From an uncultured Nitrososphaerota archaeon (GTDB lineage: Archaea; Thermoproteota; EX4484-205; JAAOZO01), in the NCBI GenBank assembly GCA_964408285.1, contig CAYOYV010000002.1, positions 110,590 through 174,589 on the forward strand: DNA of 64,000 nt, read 5' to 3'. Position 1 is the first letter of the stretch, and each line of letters begins with the position of its first letter. Of this stretch, positions 19,406-29,489 are shown one piece after another. The translations under genes and the position numbers were made by a program. The notes under the pieces are model-generated. The model saw nothing but the letters and a program-made list of their open reading frames with translations. It searched no databases and was not told where the DNA came from.

Positions 19406-21664
19406 TCAAGAACTCTTCGATCTTACCTCTGTATAGCCCCTGTCGTTCCTTAGGAGGACTATATGATGATCGACTAGATTCGATAGATCTTCATGCGATA
19501 TAATGAATATCTGTTGGAATGTTGCCTTCATTGCATCCAAGACCTCAAATATCCCCAACTTCCTTGAATTGTCACTGCTGGATATGCATTCGTCCATAAG
19601 GAGGCAGTGTCTCTCAGCAGCGACCCTTGATTCCAGGATACTCTGAGTGAAAGCCAATCTCAACGCTATCAGGAACTGGTCTTGAGTTCCGCCGCTGAAG
19701 ATCTCTCTCTCCTTGTAGCCACCGGCTGATGAAGAATGTACCTTGAACTTCAGATCTTCGGATATCTCGAAATCGGAGTACCTTCCATCCGTTATCAACG
19801 GCAGAATCTGATTTATGATGTAAGAGGCTTGAGGAATCACCTTGGCCCGGAGTTCCCTTCCTGTTTCCTTCATTTCCTCAATGATCCTGTTCAGCAGATT
19901 CGCCCTGCGTTCGAATTCCTTAACCTCCAGATCCAGATCCGGGAACCTGATGTAATCGCCTCGCAACCTTTCCAAGTCCCCGTCGGCTTGTTCGATTATG
20001 GCTCTTGTGGTCTTGAGCTTGCTGCTGAGCTCGTTCAATCTAGTCTGGCAGCTGTCCGACACCTGCTTCGAAGCATAATGCTTCATTGGATCATATCCGA
20101 CGGCCGAGATGCCCTCTGGCCTGTTCATTGAAAGCGTCTTTACCTTGTCAGTTAGCTCGGAGATCTCATTCTCCAAGGTTCTGCTTTTTTGCTCAAGTCC
20201 AGCTGAGGCAACGGACTTCTCCTGTGCCTTAAGATCCCTGACTGCGCCCCCCAGCGCCTCCAAAGAATCATGCCCTGTCTCCGCCCTTATTCTGCGTAAC
20301 GCCTCATCCAAATCCCTTTTGACCTCACCAGAATCGGAGTGGCCACTCTTGTTTTTCAGGGCCAAGAGGTCCTCCTGTGCTTTCTCCAGTTGGTTTGATA
20401 GGCTCGCGATCTGGACGAAATAGGCCCTTACCTCAGACAGCTTCGTGAAAAGCCTGTCAGCCCTTAGATATCTCCTGAAGAAATGAATTCCAAGGATCGC
20501 TGGCATGCATGCAACAAGCAGGACAAGGGATTGATTCCAAAGCAAACCAACAACTAATACGATCGAGGCCAGAGCGCCTAATATCCCAGTCAATTGCAGG
20601 TTCCTGGACTTAAGTCTGCCAAGATCCACAGGAGTGAGCATGGCAGCTTCCTTCTCCAGTCCCATCTGCTCAATGGCACTAGATTTCGCACGATTAGACT
20701 CACCAAGTTCATGCATCAAATCCTTGATCCTCGCCTCAATCTCTTGAAATGAACGCTGTTGGTCCTGCAATTCCTGCACAATCTCTGCATCCCTTGCAAT
20801 GACTTCCTCGTATCGAATGACCGAAGTCCGTATCTTCTCTAGGCCTTCCCTCTGAGCGAGCACCTGCTCCAGCTCACCTTCCTTTGACTTTAGAAGCTCG
20901 TTTGAGGAATAGAATGCGTAGAGCCACTCATGGCCTTCATATGTTCTATTGGCTTCCCCAAGTTCTTTGGCACATTCTTTCACCTGAAGATCTAGCTGTT
21001 TCTCCTCCGCCTGAAGCTTTGTCTTGAACCGCATTTTCTCGTCATATTCTTCCTTGTTGGCTTTGACTCTCTCCAACTCCGATCTCTTCTGGTCTAGGAC
21101 GGCCTTCTCGGACGATGCATCGGCCTTCACCTTATCGGAAGCCTTGTCGAACAGATCGATTCCCATGACCTTATTCAGCAGTTGTTCCCGTTGTGATTTC
21201 ACGAGATCTTTCAATGCATCTAGGTCTTTCTGCCTCATGTAGATCAGCTTCGCAAAGGAATCTCTGTCCATTCCTGTCAGCTGCTCTACCATAGCTTCAA
21301 TTGCCGTTATGCTCGTGATCTCATTGCGCTTGTCTTCATTCCCATCGATCACAGGTACCAGACGAGCCGAATGGCCGGACTGAACCCCGAACCTTCTTGC
21401 CATTCTATAGCGTTTCTCCGCTGAGCTGAATTCAAGTTCGAGTTTCGTCTCTGATTTCCCCCATGTGACCAGATTCTCGCGTTGTTCCTCAATTCCGGGA
21501 CCTTTCTTCAGGCCATATAGAGCGTACTCGATAGCCTGAAACAAAGTGGTTTTGCCGCTCTCGTTTGGACCAAATATGCCAATCCTGCCCTTCTCAGGGA
21601 ATTCAAGTTCTATTCTCTCGCCGAACACCTTGAAATTCTCTGCTACGAGCCTGTGCAGGATCAT
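19406..21664 (-). CDS. Rad50/SbcC-family SMC-like ATPase with central hydrophobic hairpin (YhaN-like)
   Basis: N-terminal Walker A GPNESGKTT and Q-loop MRQKD. Long coiled-coil arms. C-terminal signature FSGGTQDQ, Walker B/D-loop CLLMDE and H-loop IISHE. Residues about 358-396 (LTGILGALASIVLVVGLLWNQSLVLLVACMPAILGIHFF) form two TM-like helices at the coiled-coil apex. No CxxC hook is present. Confidence 0.85.
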   Translation of the reverse strand: MILHRLVAENFKVFGERIELEFPEKGRIGIFGPNESGKTTLFQAIEYALYGLKKGPGIEEQRENLVTWGKSETKLELEFSSAEKRYRMARRFGVQSGHSARLVPVIDGNEDKRNEITSITAIEAMVEQLTGMDRDSFAKLIYMRQKDLDALKDLVKSQREQLLNKVMGIDLFDKASDKVKADASSEKAVLDQKRSELERVKANKEEYDEKMRFKTKLQAEEKQLDLQVKECAKELGEANRTYEGHEWLYAFYSSNELLKSKEGELEQVLAQREGLEKIRTSVIRYEEVIARDAEIVQELQDQQRSFQEIEARIKDLMHELGESNRAKSSAIEQMGLEKEAAMLTPVDLGRLKSRNLQLTGILGALASIVLVVGLLWNQSLVLLVACMPAILGIHFFRRYLRADRLFTKLSEVRAYFVQIASLSNQLEKAQEDLLALKNKSGHSDSGEVKRDLDEALRRIRAETGHDSLEALGGAVRDLKAQEKSVASAGLEQKSRTLENEISELTDKVKTLSMNRPEGISAVGYDPMKHYASKQVSDSCQTRLNELSSKLKTTRAIIEQADGDLERLRGDYIRFPDLDLEVKEFERRANLLNRIIEEMKETGRELRAKVIPQASYIINQILPLITDGRYSDFEISEDLKFKVHSSSAGGYKEREIFSGGTQDQFLIALRLAFTQSILESRVAAERHCLLMDECISSSDNSRKLGIFEVLDAMKATFQQIFIISHEDLSNLVDHHIVLLRNDRGYTEVRSKSS

Positions 21665-22830
21665 CTCTCTGCCTCTAGGTATTTTAGACCCAATTCCCTG
21701 ACCTCCAAGAGCAACCCCGTAATCGCCGGATCCGAAGTCTCTGAGATCATCTTGTCAAGCCGGCCGACAAAGGCTTCAATTGGATTCTCGATTCTTCCCA
21801 GGAAGATCCTGCCGACTCCCTCGACCTCAAGTTGACTGCGATCTAATACGAGATGAAAGAACATCTCATTGCAGGCCCTGTATATGTCGTTGAGCTTCAT
21901 CTTGGCGTACTGGATCTGAGACACATTACCGGTGAGACTGAGTTTCAGCATTTTCTTCTCGTCTCGATGCTTCCTTAGGAAATCCTCTACCGCCTCGTTT
22001 AGCTTCTCGCCGAAGGATTTCGATAACGGTAGCTCGTGTGCTTCCATCGGGCGTGTGTCAAGTTTTATGAACTCGCTTGAAGCTTCACGTTCATTGAGTT
22101 CAACCCAGTAGAATCCCTTCTCGTCATTCATTTCGGCCCAACTTAGCTTCTCTATTGAGCCTGGATTGCATATGAGACATCCATCGTGTTCTCTCTTGAA
22201 TGAATTGTGATAGTGACCTAGGGCCAAGTAGTTCAAGCCCTTTCGGATGTCCTTTGGGCCAAACGGATTCTGATTGCTCATCTCGGGGATAACCGGCGTG
22301 ACGCCTAATCCAGCAAGTGAACCATGAAGCATGAGGATGTTCCGGTGGCCGTCTAGTGGAACCTTTTCTCCCTCTAGCGGATTCTTTCCCTCGTATCTGG
22401 CGTAATAGGATTTGCCCGATACACATATCGTGCTTCCGTCCATCCGCAATAGCTTCTTCTGGATTCTTTCAGAGCCAGAAAAGACAGTTGCGAGTCCGGC
22501 TGATCCCAGGACGTCTATCGCGAGTTGGGCATATTCGGACATTCTGGGGACGTCGTGGTTTCCTCCAATCATGAAAACGGATATGTTGCTGTCATCGAGT
22601 TCCCTAATCAAACGTGTTACCAAGACCCTAGAGAAATTACTTGGTAGGAGTTTGTCGAATATATCTCCACTTATCAAGAAAAGATCCGGTCTATTTGCAA
22701 TTGCGTAATTAACTATTGCCGAGAAATTCCTATTGAGGTCTTCCTTTCTCTCATAACTTCTTACAATATCGGGTATGTTGAAATTCTTGTCAAGGTGCAA
22801 ATCACTGCAATGGATGAATTGTACCGTCAT
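21661..22830 (-). CDS. Mre11/SbcD-family calcineurin-like phosphoesterase (nuclease)
   Basis: Phosphoesterase motifs CSDLHLD, GDIFD, GGNHD, MLHG and GHYH. The stop overlaps the start of the downstream SMC-like gene by 4 nt (ATGA). Confidence 0.85.
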   Translation of the reverse strand: MTVQFIHCSDLHLDKNFNIPDIVRSYERKEDLNRNFSAIVNYAIANRPDLFLISGDIFDKLLPSNFSRVLVTRLIRELDDSNISVFMIGGNHDVPRMSEYAQLAIDVLGSAGLATVFSGSERIQKKLLRMDGSTICVSGKSYYARYEGKNPLEGEKVPLDGHRNILMLHGSLAGLGVTPVIPEMSNQNPFGPKDIRKGLNYLALGHYHNSFKREHDGCLICNPGSIEKLSWAEMNDEKGFYWVELNEREASSEFIKLDTRPMEAHELPLSKSFGEKLNEAVEDFLRKHRDEKKMLKLSLTGNVSQIQYAKMKLNDIYRACNEMFFHLVLDRSQLEVEGVGRIFLGRIENPIEAFVGRLDKMISETSDPAITGLLLEVRELGLKYLEAER

Positions 22831-23082
22831 TTTTATCCCTCCAGATTAGTAGATTTCCTCCAAAAAACCGAAGAAGCGGAAAGGTCGGCATGAGAGGCCA
22901 AAATATCATAAATCAAGCTAAACATCAGATTAGCGGATTTAAGTCTACCCTTCCCTTGCATATGCCATGCCGCAGAAGGAGCTAGATATGTGAGAATAGC
23001 ATGATTCGGGAGAAATCATGGAGCACCACCTGGGCATTGCGTAACATCTGAAAGGATACACGAACAAGGGATTTGGTTCGTT

Positions 23083-24297
23083 CTACATTTTGGGCCTTGT
23101 CTTTTCGATGAATTCGTCCACTTCTCTTATCAAGGAAGGCTCCTTTGTCCCCGTGAGTGCATATACTCTCTGCTTGAATAGCTCTATTTCTGCGCTGCCC
23201 GTTAGGACTTGGACCTCTAGATATAGATCCCTCTGGTCATTCGGCTTTAGGAATTGGAGGGTGCCCCATTTTCTTTCCTTGTCCCTCCCCAGAACAAGAG
23301 CATTCGCCGGCTCAAGTCCAACGACGTACTCGCCTTCACCCATCATCTTCCATTCGATGAGTCTGTTGAGCTCTGATTTCCTGAATTTCAGTCCGATTCC
23401 AATCCCTTGGCCTTCGTTGAAGCCCTCATTCACAATTCCAGCATAGCAGAAACCTTCAGGATCAGTAGCAAGGTCATGGAAATACACTTTCTCTTTGAAC
23501 CCCTCTGTGGGAGGCTGGAACTCAGCGTATTTCTCGTAGCCCTTCCATGCCTCTTCATCTCTCGGGACATATCTCATTGAGCTCGAAAGAAATCTGGATC
23601 CCGCATCCAATACAGGAAACCCAATGTTGAAGTGATAGAGTATCATGAATGGTTCAGTTCTCCAGCCCTCGTTCGTTATTGTGTCCTTTATCGTGAATTT
23701 GTTCTCTCCCAACTTGGCCTCTATTCTTCGGTACAGAACCAGATTCGGACCGAACACACTCGCTTCTCTGACCTTCCCCTCTATCGACATCACGTAATCT
23801 TCGCCCCTCCATTCAGTTCGAGCCGCAACAGAATCGGCAGGCGTGTAGGCTATCCTTCCGTGCAGACCCAATTGCTCTCCCTCATCCACGCAAGCTGCAC
23901 CACAGTGCGTCAAGCCGCACATCGTCAGAAGCCCGCCGAAGAAACCTTGGAGCCATCCTCTGCCTGACGGATCGTACTGCTCTGGTGCTGTATCTCCAGT
24001 CTGGCTTTTCCACCCCAGCGCGGCTCCTCGATATTCGGCGTTCGAGATCGCCATTCCTCTGTCCAGGAGAACCAGGAAAGAGAAGCCTGCTCCAGTACTG
24101 ACTATTGCGGCTTTGACGTCCCTTTCAGCTCCTTCGTCAAGCTGGACCAGTCGAATTCCGCCCAGCTGATTCATCCTTCCGACGTATTTGGCAATCGTGG
24201 CATCGTATGACTTTCCATACAATTCGACCATCTTGCACGACACTGACTTGATGATATATATCTGAGAATTTAAGACTTCAATCCCAAGCTTTCCCAA
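23083..24297 (-). CDS. galactose-mutarotase-like (aldose 1-epimerase/DUF4432-like) protein
   Basis: All-beta predicted. Motif ILYHFNIGFPVLD. The size (about 400 aa) is typical of DUF4432 proteins found in sugar clusters. Confidence 0.45.
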   Translation of the reverse strand: MGKLGIEVLNSQIYIIKSVSCKMVELYGKSYDATIAKYVGRMNQLGGIRLVQLDEGAERDVKAAIVSTGAGFSFLVLLDRGMAISNAEYRGAALGWKSQTGDTAPEQYDPSGRGWLQGFFGGLLTMCGLTHCGAACVDEGEQLGLHGRIAYTPADSVAARTEWRGEDYVMSIEGKVREASVFGPNLVLYRRIEAKLGENKFTIKDTITNEGWRTEPFMILYHFNIGFPVLDAGSRFLSSSMRYVPRDEEAWKGYEKYAEFQPPTEGFKEKVYFHDLATDPEGFCYAGIVNEGFNEGQGIGIGLKFRKSELNRLIEWKMMGEGEYVVGLEPANALVLGRDKERKWGTLQFLKPNDQRDLYLEVQVLTGSAEIELFKQRVYALTGTKEPSLIREVDEFIEKTRPKM

Positions 24298-24416
24298 TCA
24301 TTCGCTGTGAGAACCCTAAGTCAGGGAGCATAACCTTCATATCTACGCCAAAGGGCATCGCGAGACTGCTGCTCTTGTGCTCTTCAAAGCCGAAAAGGAG
24401 AACTCGGATAAAGGCT

Positions 24417-25031
24417 ATGGCTTTTGATTTCGATGGAACACTTGTGGATTCGCTGGATTTCTTGGCTCGAGGATGGGAAGAAATAGCATCGGAATTGAAG
24501 ATATACCTCAGGACGGATTTGCGAAACCTAGTTGGCTTGACGGCTGAGCAGATAGCATATGAGATCTCATCGGGGGAACCGTTGTTGCAGGAAAGACTAT
24601 TGAGAAAAAGATCCGAGGTCTTTGAGGCAAAAAGGTTTGTCAACGAAGCAAAGCTCTTTCCTGAAACCAAAGGGGTATTGAAGGAGCTTCGGAGAAGGGG
24701 ATTTCCGCTGGCGTTGGCAAGCTCAACGGTGGCTGCAAGGCTACTCGAGCTTGCAGATCTATACAAGATCTCAGATTTATTTGATCTGATAATAGGGGGT
24801 GATGAAGTCGCGAGAAGCAAACCGGCGCCTGACCTCTTATTGGAAACGGCTAGGAGACTTCAATTAGAACCAAGGAGCCTTGCATATGTCGGAGATACTT
24901 CTTACGATATTGAATCCTCTTTGGCCGCTGGGTCTGTGGCCATTCTAGTGAACAGAACCGGATCTCGATACGAGGGGCCCGACCCGGATTTTGTGATTTC
25001 GAACATGGAGGGATTACATCTTCTCCTCTGA
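24417..25031 (+). CDS. HAD-superfamily hydrolase (beta-phosphoglucomutase-like subfamily IA)
   Basis: Motif I AFDFDGTLVDS, motif II LASSTV, and motif IV GDTSYDIESSLAAG. The start was set at the ATG of MAFDFDGT. Confidence 0.8.
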   Translation: MAFDFDGTLVDSLDFLARGWEEIASELKIYLRTDLRNLVGLTAEQIAYEISSGEPLLQERLLRKRSEVFEAKRFVNEAKLFPETKGVLKELRRRGFPLALASSTVAARLLELADLYKISDLFDLIIGGDEVARSKPAPDLLLETARRLQLEPRSLAYVGDTSYDIESSLAAGSVAILVNRTGSRYEGPDPDFVISNMEGLHLLL

Positions 25032-25121
25032 GTGTCTGGCCTTGTCCTGAACATATGTCGCAGAGACGCGCGATCATTGAACGATTATAAGGAAGCACTT
25101 GGATTGATGCAGTATCGCACC

Positions 25122-26222
25122 ATGCGGTACAAGATCGCAGTTATAGGAGTTGGCGTCGTAGGGAAACTACATCTCGATGTCATCAAAGAATTAGCAAATG
25201 CCGAAGCAATTGCCGTGGTTGATGTCAGAGAGGATGAAGGAAAAGCCACGGCTTCGAAATATGGTCTCAAGTGGTACTCGGACTACATGGAAATGATCGA
25301 AAATGAAAAACCTGACATGGTCAGCGTCTGTCTCCCCCACTTTTTGCATTCGAAGGTCGTTTGCGATGCCGCTCGTGCCGGGGTGAACGTCCTTGTAGAG
25401 AAACCAATGGCGATTAGTATAAAGGAATCAGATCGAATGATAAGCATGGCAAAGAGGAGTGGAATCAAGCTAGGCGTTGTTTTCCAGAATAGGGAAAGGG
25501 CCATTGCGAAGAGATTAAAAAAGATAGTTGCAGATGGCACCTTGGGCGACCTAATGAGAGCTCTATTGGAGTTCAACACGTTCAGAAGTCAAGCGTATTA
25601 CAGTAGCGCTGGATGGAGAGGAAGATGGCAAACCGAAGGAGGGGGAGTTCTGATCAATCAGGGTATTCATCACCTTGACCTCTTCCAATGGGTCATAGGA
25701 AAAAAACCAAGGAGACTCTGCGCGTTTACCAACACAATGGCGCACGACATAGAAGTGGAGGATCTCGCAACATCGATCATCGAATTTGAGGAATGTACTC
25801 AGGCGGCAATTCAGATGAGTACAATAGACCACCCCACTATATGCAGAATTGAATTGAGGGGCCAAAACGCATATGCAGAGTTCGACGATAAATCAATCAA
25901 GCTGGCCCGGAATAACCCTACGATTGGAGATAGATCGAAACTCCAGGAAATGTGGGCGACACCAGAACTCACTCTGGAAGAGATTGAAGAACCTAAGGAG
26001 GAGGCAAAGAAGCTCCACGAAGCGGTATATCTTGACTTTCTGGACTCGATGACGCACGATAGGCAACCAGCCGTGTCCGGGGAGGAGGGGCGCAAATCCG
26101 TCGAGATAGTCAATGCTATCGTGGCCTCCAGTTTCACAAGAAGGCCGGTTCGTTTTCCATTGGATGCAGATAAATACGAACAGATATTGAGGAAGCTGTC
26201 GAAAAGCTCTAGGAAAAAGTGA
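25122..26222 (+). CDS. Gfo/Idh/MocA-family oxidoreductase
   Basis: MRYKIAVIGVGVVG Rossmann motif and the EKP motif (VLVEKPMA). The C-terminal dimerisation domain is present. Confidence 0.85.
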   Translation: MRYKIAVIGVGVVGKLHLDVIKELANAEAIAVVDVREDEGKATASKYGLKWYSDYMEMIENEKPDMVSVCLPHFLHSKVVCDAARAGVNVLVEKPMAISIKESDRMISMAKRSGIKLGVVFQNRERAIAKRLKKIVADGTLGDLMRALLEFNTFRSQAYYSSAGWRGRWQTEGGGVLINQGIHHLDLFQWVIGKKPRRLCAFTNTMAHDIEVEDLATSIIEFEECTQAAIQMSTIDHPTICRIELRGQNAYAEFDDKSIKLARNNPTIGDRSKLQEMWATPELTLEEIEEPKEEAKKLHEAVYLDFLDSMTHDRQPAVSGEEGRKSVEIVNAIVASSFTRRPVRFPLDADKYEQILRKLSKSSRKK

Positions 26223-26228
26223 CGCCAT

Positions 26229-27362
26229 TCATATCAAGGACGCTGAGATCTTAGGAGGAGAGGCGTAGTCCGAGTACCTTTGGGCGATTTCTGCCACATG
26301 GGAGTCACCGTTGTGAACGCAAATCCTGTACTTGAATTCCAGTTTCTCATCTCTTCTCATAAGTAGTCCTCCTCTCTCATGCGGCTCACCGTTGAAGATC
26401 GTCGCACCGAATACATTCGCTGTCATCAGTCCATAGTCCCTCACATGCCAATACGTCGGATGCCTAGGATTCTCCGGAGCGTCAAGTATGGCTATTCCCT
26501 GCCAAGTTCCATCGACTGGACCGGAATAGTCGCACCAATTCGCCTTCTTTCCCCAAGTTTTGACCTCATTTATGCCCCCCCATGAGTTCTCAATTCTGCC
26601 GCCGTTCTCAACTTCCATGGACTCCCTGACTCTAACGCATATGGCGCCTGCCTCCTTTGTGTCCCCGAACAAAACATCCCGATAAGGTGCCGAGAAAAAG
26701 GATTCATGGTCCAACAGCCATTGCCTGTCAGGAGCATTCCAGAGCCTTATGGTCCTTCTTTCCTCCAGCAGCTTCTCTGATAGAAAACTGCTCCATGTGA
26801 GGTACATGGTTATCTCCGAAAAGACCGGGCCGGCGACTACGCGCGGCGTTCCTCTGGTTGTAATGATCCCGTGGTTAGGCAACTCACTCCAGATGTCGTT
26901 CTGGTTGACATCGCCATGGGCAACCCAAAGTGATTTGTGATGAACATGATCCGGAGGTTCATTCCATGTCAAAGGAAGACCTGTTGGGCCGTTCAGTGGG
27001 AAAACGAATGGTCTGCTCGACTTGCTGGAGTAGTTGCAGCACATGATGAGATCCGTCCCTCTCGAGACTGTGATTTGCTCGTGTGTCGCTTCGGCAAGGA
27101 GAGGGTCTTGGAGAGCGTCAGCCATCTCACCCTTGACGAGAAAGAACCTCAAGATCTGGGATTTCCCGCTATGCAAACCTATCCAATGGACGTTGAGTCC
27201 TTCATCTGAAAACGTGAATTGGGCAGGAATCCCTTGCCCCTTCTCGTCAACAAGAGCCAGATCAGTTGCTCCGTGCAGACTGGCCCCTAAGATTGCATGG
27301 ACGGGAGTTGGCGATCCGCCTCTGGATCCGGTCTTCCACTTCATGACGGCCAATCGTTTCAT
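26229..27362 (-). CDS. PmoA-family/DUF6807-like protein
   Basis: HHKSLWVAHGDVN and HVRDYGL motifs. The size and context (beside a Gfo/Idh/MocA gene and a TIM-barrel isomerase) are typical for this family. Confidence 0.45.
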   Translation of the reverse strand: MKRLAVMKWKTGSRGGSPTPVHAILGASLHGATDLALVDEKGQGIPAQFTFSDEGLNVHWIGLHSGKSQILRFFLVKGEMADALQDPLLAEATHEQITVSRGTDLIMCCNYSSKSSRPFVFPLNGPTGLPLTWNEPPDHVHHKSLWVAHGDVNQNDIWSELPNHGIITTRGTPRVVAGPVFSEITMYLTWSSFLSEKLLEERRTIRLWNAPDRQWLLDHESFFSAPYRDVLFGDTKEAGAICVRVRESMEVENGGRIENSWGGINEVKTWGKKANWCDYSGPVDGTWQGIAILDAPENPRHPTYWHVRDYGLMTANVFGATIFNGEPHERGGLLMRRDEKLEFKYRICVHNGDSHVAEIAQRYSDYASPPKISASLI

Positions 27363-28219
27363 CTAGATCCCCCCCAGAAGTAGGTCCTTAGATTTCTGAT
27401 GCTTTCGCTCGCTGTCTCAATTGGATCTCTCGGGCGATCAAATATCTCAACTGAGACGAATCCCTTGTAATCGATGTCTTTCAGCGCCCGTGCGATTGAA
27501 TCATAGTCAGCGTTTCCCATTCCCGGTGCCTTTCCATTTGTATCGTTGGCATGGAAGTGTGCAAGAAAAGGAGCTGAACGCGTGATTATCTCGTGCATCG
27601 ACTTCTCCTCGTCGCTCATGCTATAGACATCCAAGGTCATCCGCATATTCGGAAGCCCTACGTCTTCTATCATTCTCATTGCCTCCTCGGCAGTATTGAT
27701 GAAATTGGTCAGGCTTCGCGAAAGCGGCTCCAAGCAAAGGAGAACATCCAGCCTCTCTGCCTCCTCACAGCAGTATCTCAGGATCTGTTTCGCAAACACC
27801 CAAGCGTCCTCTTTACGAACGTTCTTTGAAATGCTTCTTTGTTTCGGAGACCCTAGAACAATAACATGACCTCCGATATCGGCGGTGAATGCGATCAGGT
27901 CAGCCATGTAATTCTTGGTCCTCTCTCTTGTTGACGCGTCTGAATGAGTCAGATGAAGACCCGCGGGTGAAACAAGGACCCAGTGTATCCCCACTATTTC
28001 CAATCCATTTGAAGCGGCCAGCCCTCTCAAGGCCTCCCTGTCCTTCCTACTAATCTTTCTGACATCGTCTGAAATAGTGAAGGGTGCAATCTCTATACCG
28101 CGATAGCCGAGTTCAGAGACGATTTCGAATGACCTGTTGATATCAGTATTGGAGAGGAGTTCGTTGCATATTGAGAATCGCTGGCTCATATCTCTTCCTG
28201 ATTGGGCGCTTTCAATCAT
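27359..28219 (-). CDS. sugar phosphate isomerase/epimerase (xylose isomerase-like TIM barrel)
   Basis: GYRGIEI, LCLEP and HFHAND motifs. The 3' end overlaps the PmoA-like start by 4 nt. Confidence 0.8.
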   Translation of the reverse strand: MIESAQSGRDMSQRFSICNELLSNTDINRSFEIVSELGYRGIEIAPFTISDDVRKISRKDREALRGLAASNGLEIVGIHWVLVSPAGLHLTHSDASTRERTKNYMADLIAFTADIGGHVIVLGSPKQRSISKNVRKEDAWVFAKQILRYCCEEAERLDVLLCLEPLSRSLTNFINTAEEAMRMIEDVGLPNMRMTLDVYSMSDEEKSMHEIITRSAPFLAHFHANDTNGKAPGMGNADYDSIARALKDIDYKGFVSVEIFDRPRDPIETASESIRNLRTYFWGGSR

Positions 28220-28339
28220 GTGAGAAGATAAACATTGCCAGCTCTGCCGTTCAGCTTCAGAGTTATCTGAACAACTGAGGACGGTCGCAGGTTCTCCGAT
28301 GAAACTTCATATCCTGCATTCTCTACATCACGAGGAAAT

Positions 28340-29425
28340 ATGCTATACAAGGAGGATTGGGAAAACGCAAAAAACAGGATGACCGCCTGGTGGGACGGTG
28401 AAAGCACAGATAGCCCCCTAATCCAAGTATGGGCTCCCAGAACTTCGCGTATGCCTGATAGCAGGATTCTATGGGAACTCGCCCGAAATCCATCAGACCC
28501 AGAGGGCGATATTGATCTGTATGAAAAGTGGTTTTCAAGAGTCTATTTCGGAGGAGCGGCCTATCCGAACCTGTGGATCAATCTGGGGGCCGGAGTCCTT
28601 GGGGCGTATCTTGGAGCCAAGCCGAGATTCATGAGGGACACAGTTTGGTTTGGGGCACAGTGGAGTAACAAATTCGTGAAGGACTGGGATGAGCTCTCAG
28701 ATATCACTCTTGAAGAAGGGAACGAATGGTGGCAGTACACCAAGAGGGTAACGAAGATGGCGGCAAAAAGAGGAAAGAGCAAATTCGTCGTTGGGATGAC
28801 CGACCTCGGGGGCATAGCGGATGTCATCGCATCCCTCAGGGGGCCTCAGAATCTGATAGCGGATCTATATAGGAACAAGAAAGAGGTGGCGAATCTCTCG
28901 GGGAAGCTCGTTGAGATCTGGCACAGATGCTATGAAGATCTACTGGCAATTATCCGGGAGGAAATGCCAGGTTCCTCTGCTTGGATGGGAATATGGTCAC
29001 CTCGAAAGTGGTATCCAACCCAATCCGATTTCTCCGCGATGCTTTCTCCCAAGCTTTTCGACGAACTGGTCTTGCCCTATCTAAGGGAGCAGTTCCTGAG
29101 GCTGGATGACCCCCTGTACCACTTGGACGGTCCTGGCCAGCTCTGCCTCGTTGACTCCTTGTTGAAGACGCCGGAGCTCAAGGCGATCCAGTGGGTACCC
29201 GGAGCTGGGGAGGATAATCAAGGTCATCACTGCGGTTCAAGGAAGTGGTATCCACTCTACAGGAAGATCCTCGGCAGAGGAAGGCGCTTGGTTCTAAGCA
29301 TGCCACAAAGGTACATAGTTCCGATAATCAAGGAGCTCGGCTCGAAGGGCATATTATTCCAAACTACGACAAGGAATATTCTGTCCGCAAAGCGGCTATT
29401 GAAATCCTCTTCAGGCAAACTCTGA
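28340..29425 (+). CDS. conserved hypothetical protein (function unknown)
   Basis: 361-aa ORF with uniform coding statistics and Trp-rich motifs (WWDGES, WFGAQW, WMGIW). I could not assign a family from sequence alone. Confidence 0.5.
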   Translation: MLYKEDWENAKNRMTAWWDGESTDSPLIQVWAPRTSRMPDSRILWELARNPSDPEGDIDLYEKWFSRVYFGGAAYPNLWINLGAGVLGAYLGAKPRFMRDTVWFGAQWSNKFVKDWDELSDITLEEGNEWWQYTKRVTKMAAKRGKSKFVVGMTDLGGIADVIASLRGPQNLIADLYRNKKEVANLSGKLVEIWHRCYEDLLAIIREEMPGSSAWMGIWSPRKWYPTQSDFSAMLSPKLFDELVLPYLREQFLRLDDPLYHLDGPGQLCLVDSLLKTPELKAIQWVPGAGEDNQGHHCGSRKWYPLYRKILGRGRRLVLSMPQRYIVPIIKELGSKGILFQTTTRNILSAKRLLKSSSGKL

Positions 29426-29489
29426 CTCTTATTGAGTCGTGATACATGTGACTCTCTTTTAATACTCCCGGTCAATCGTGCTCATTGAT

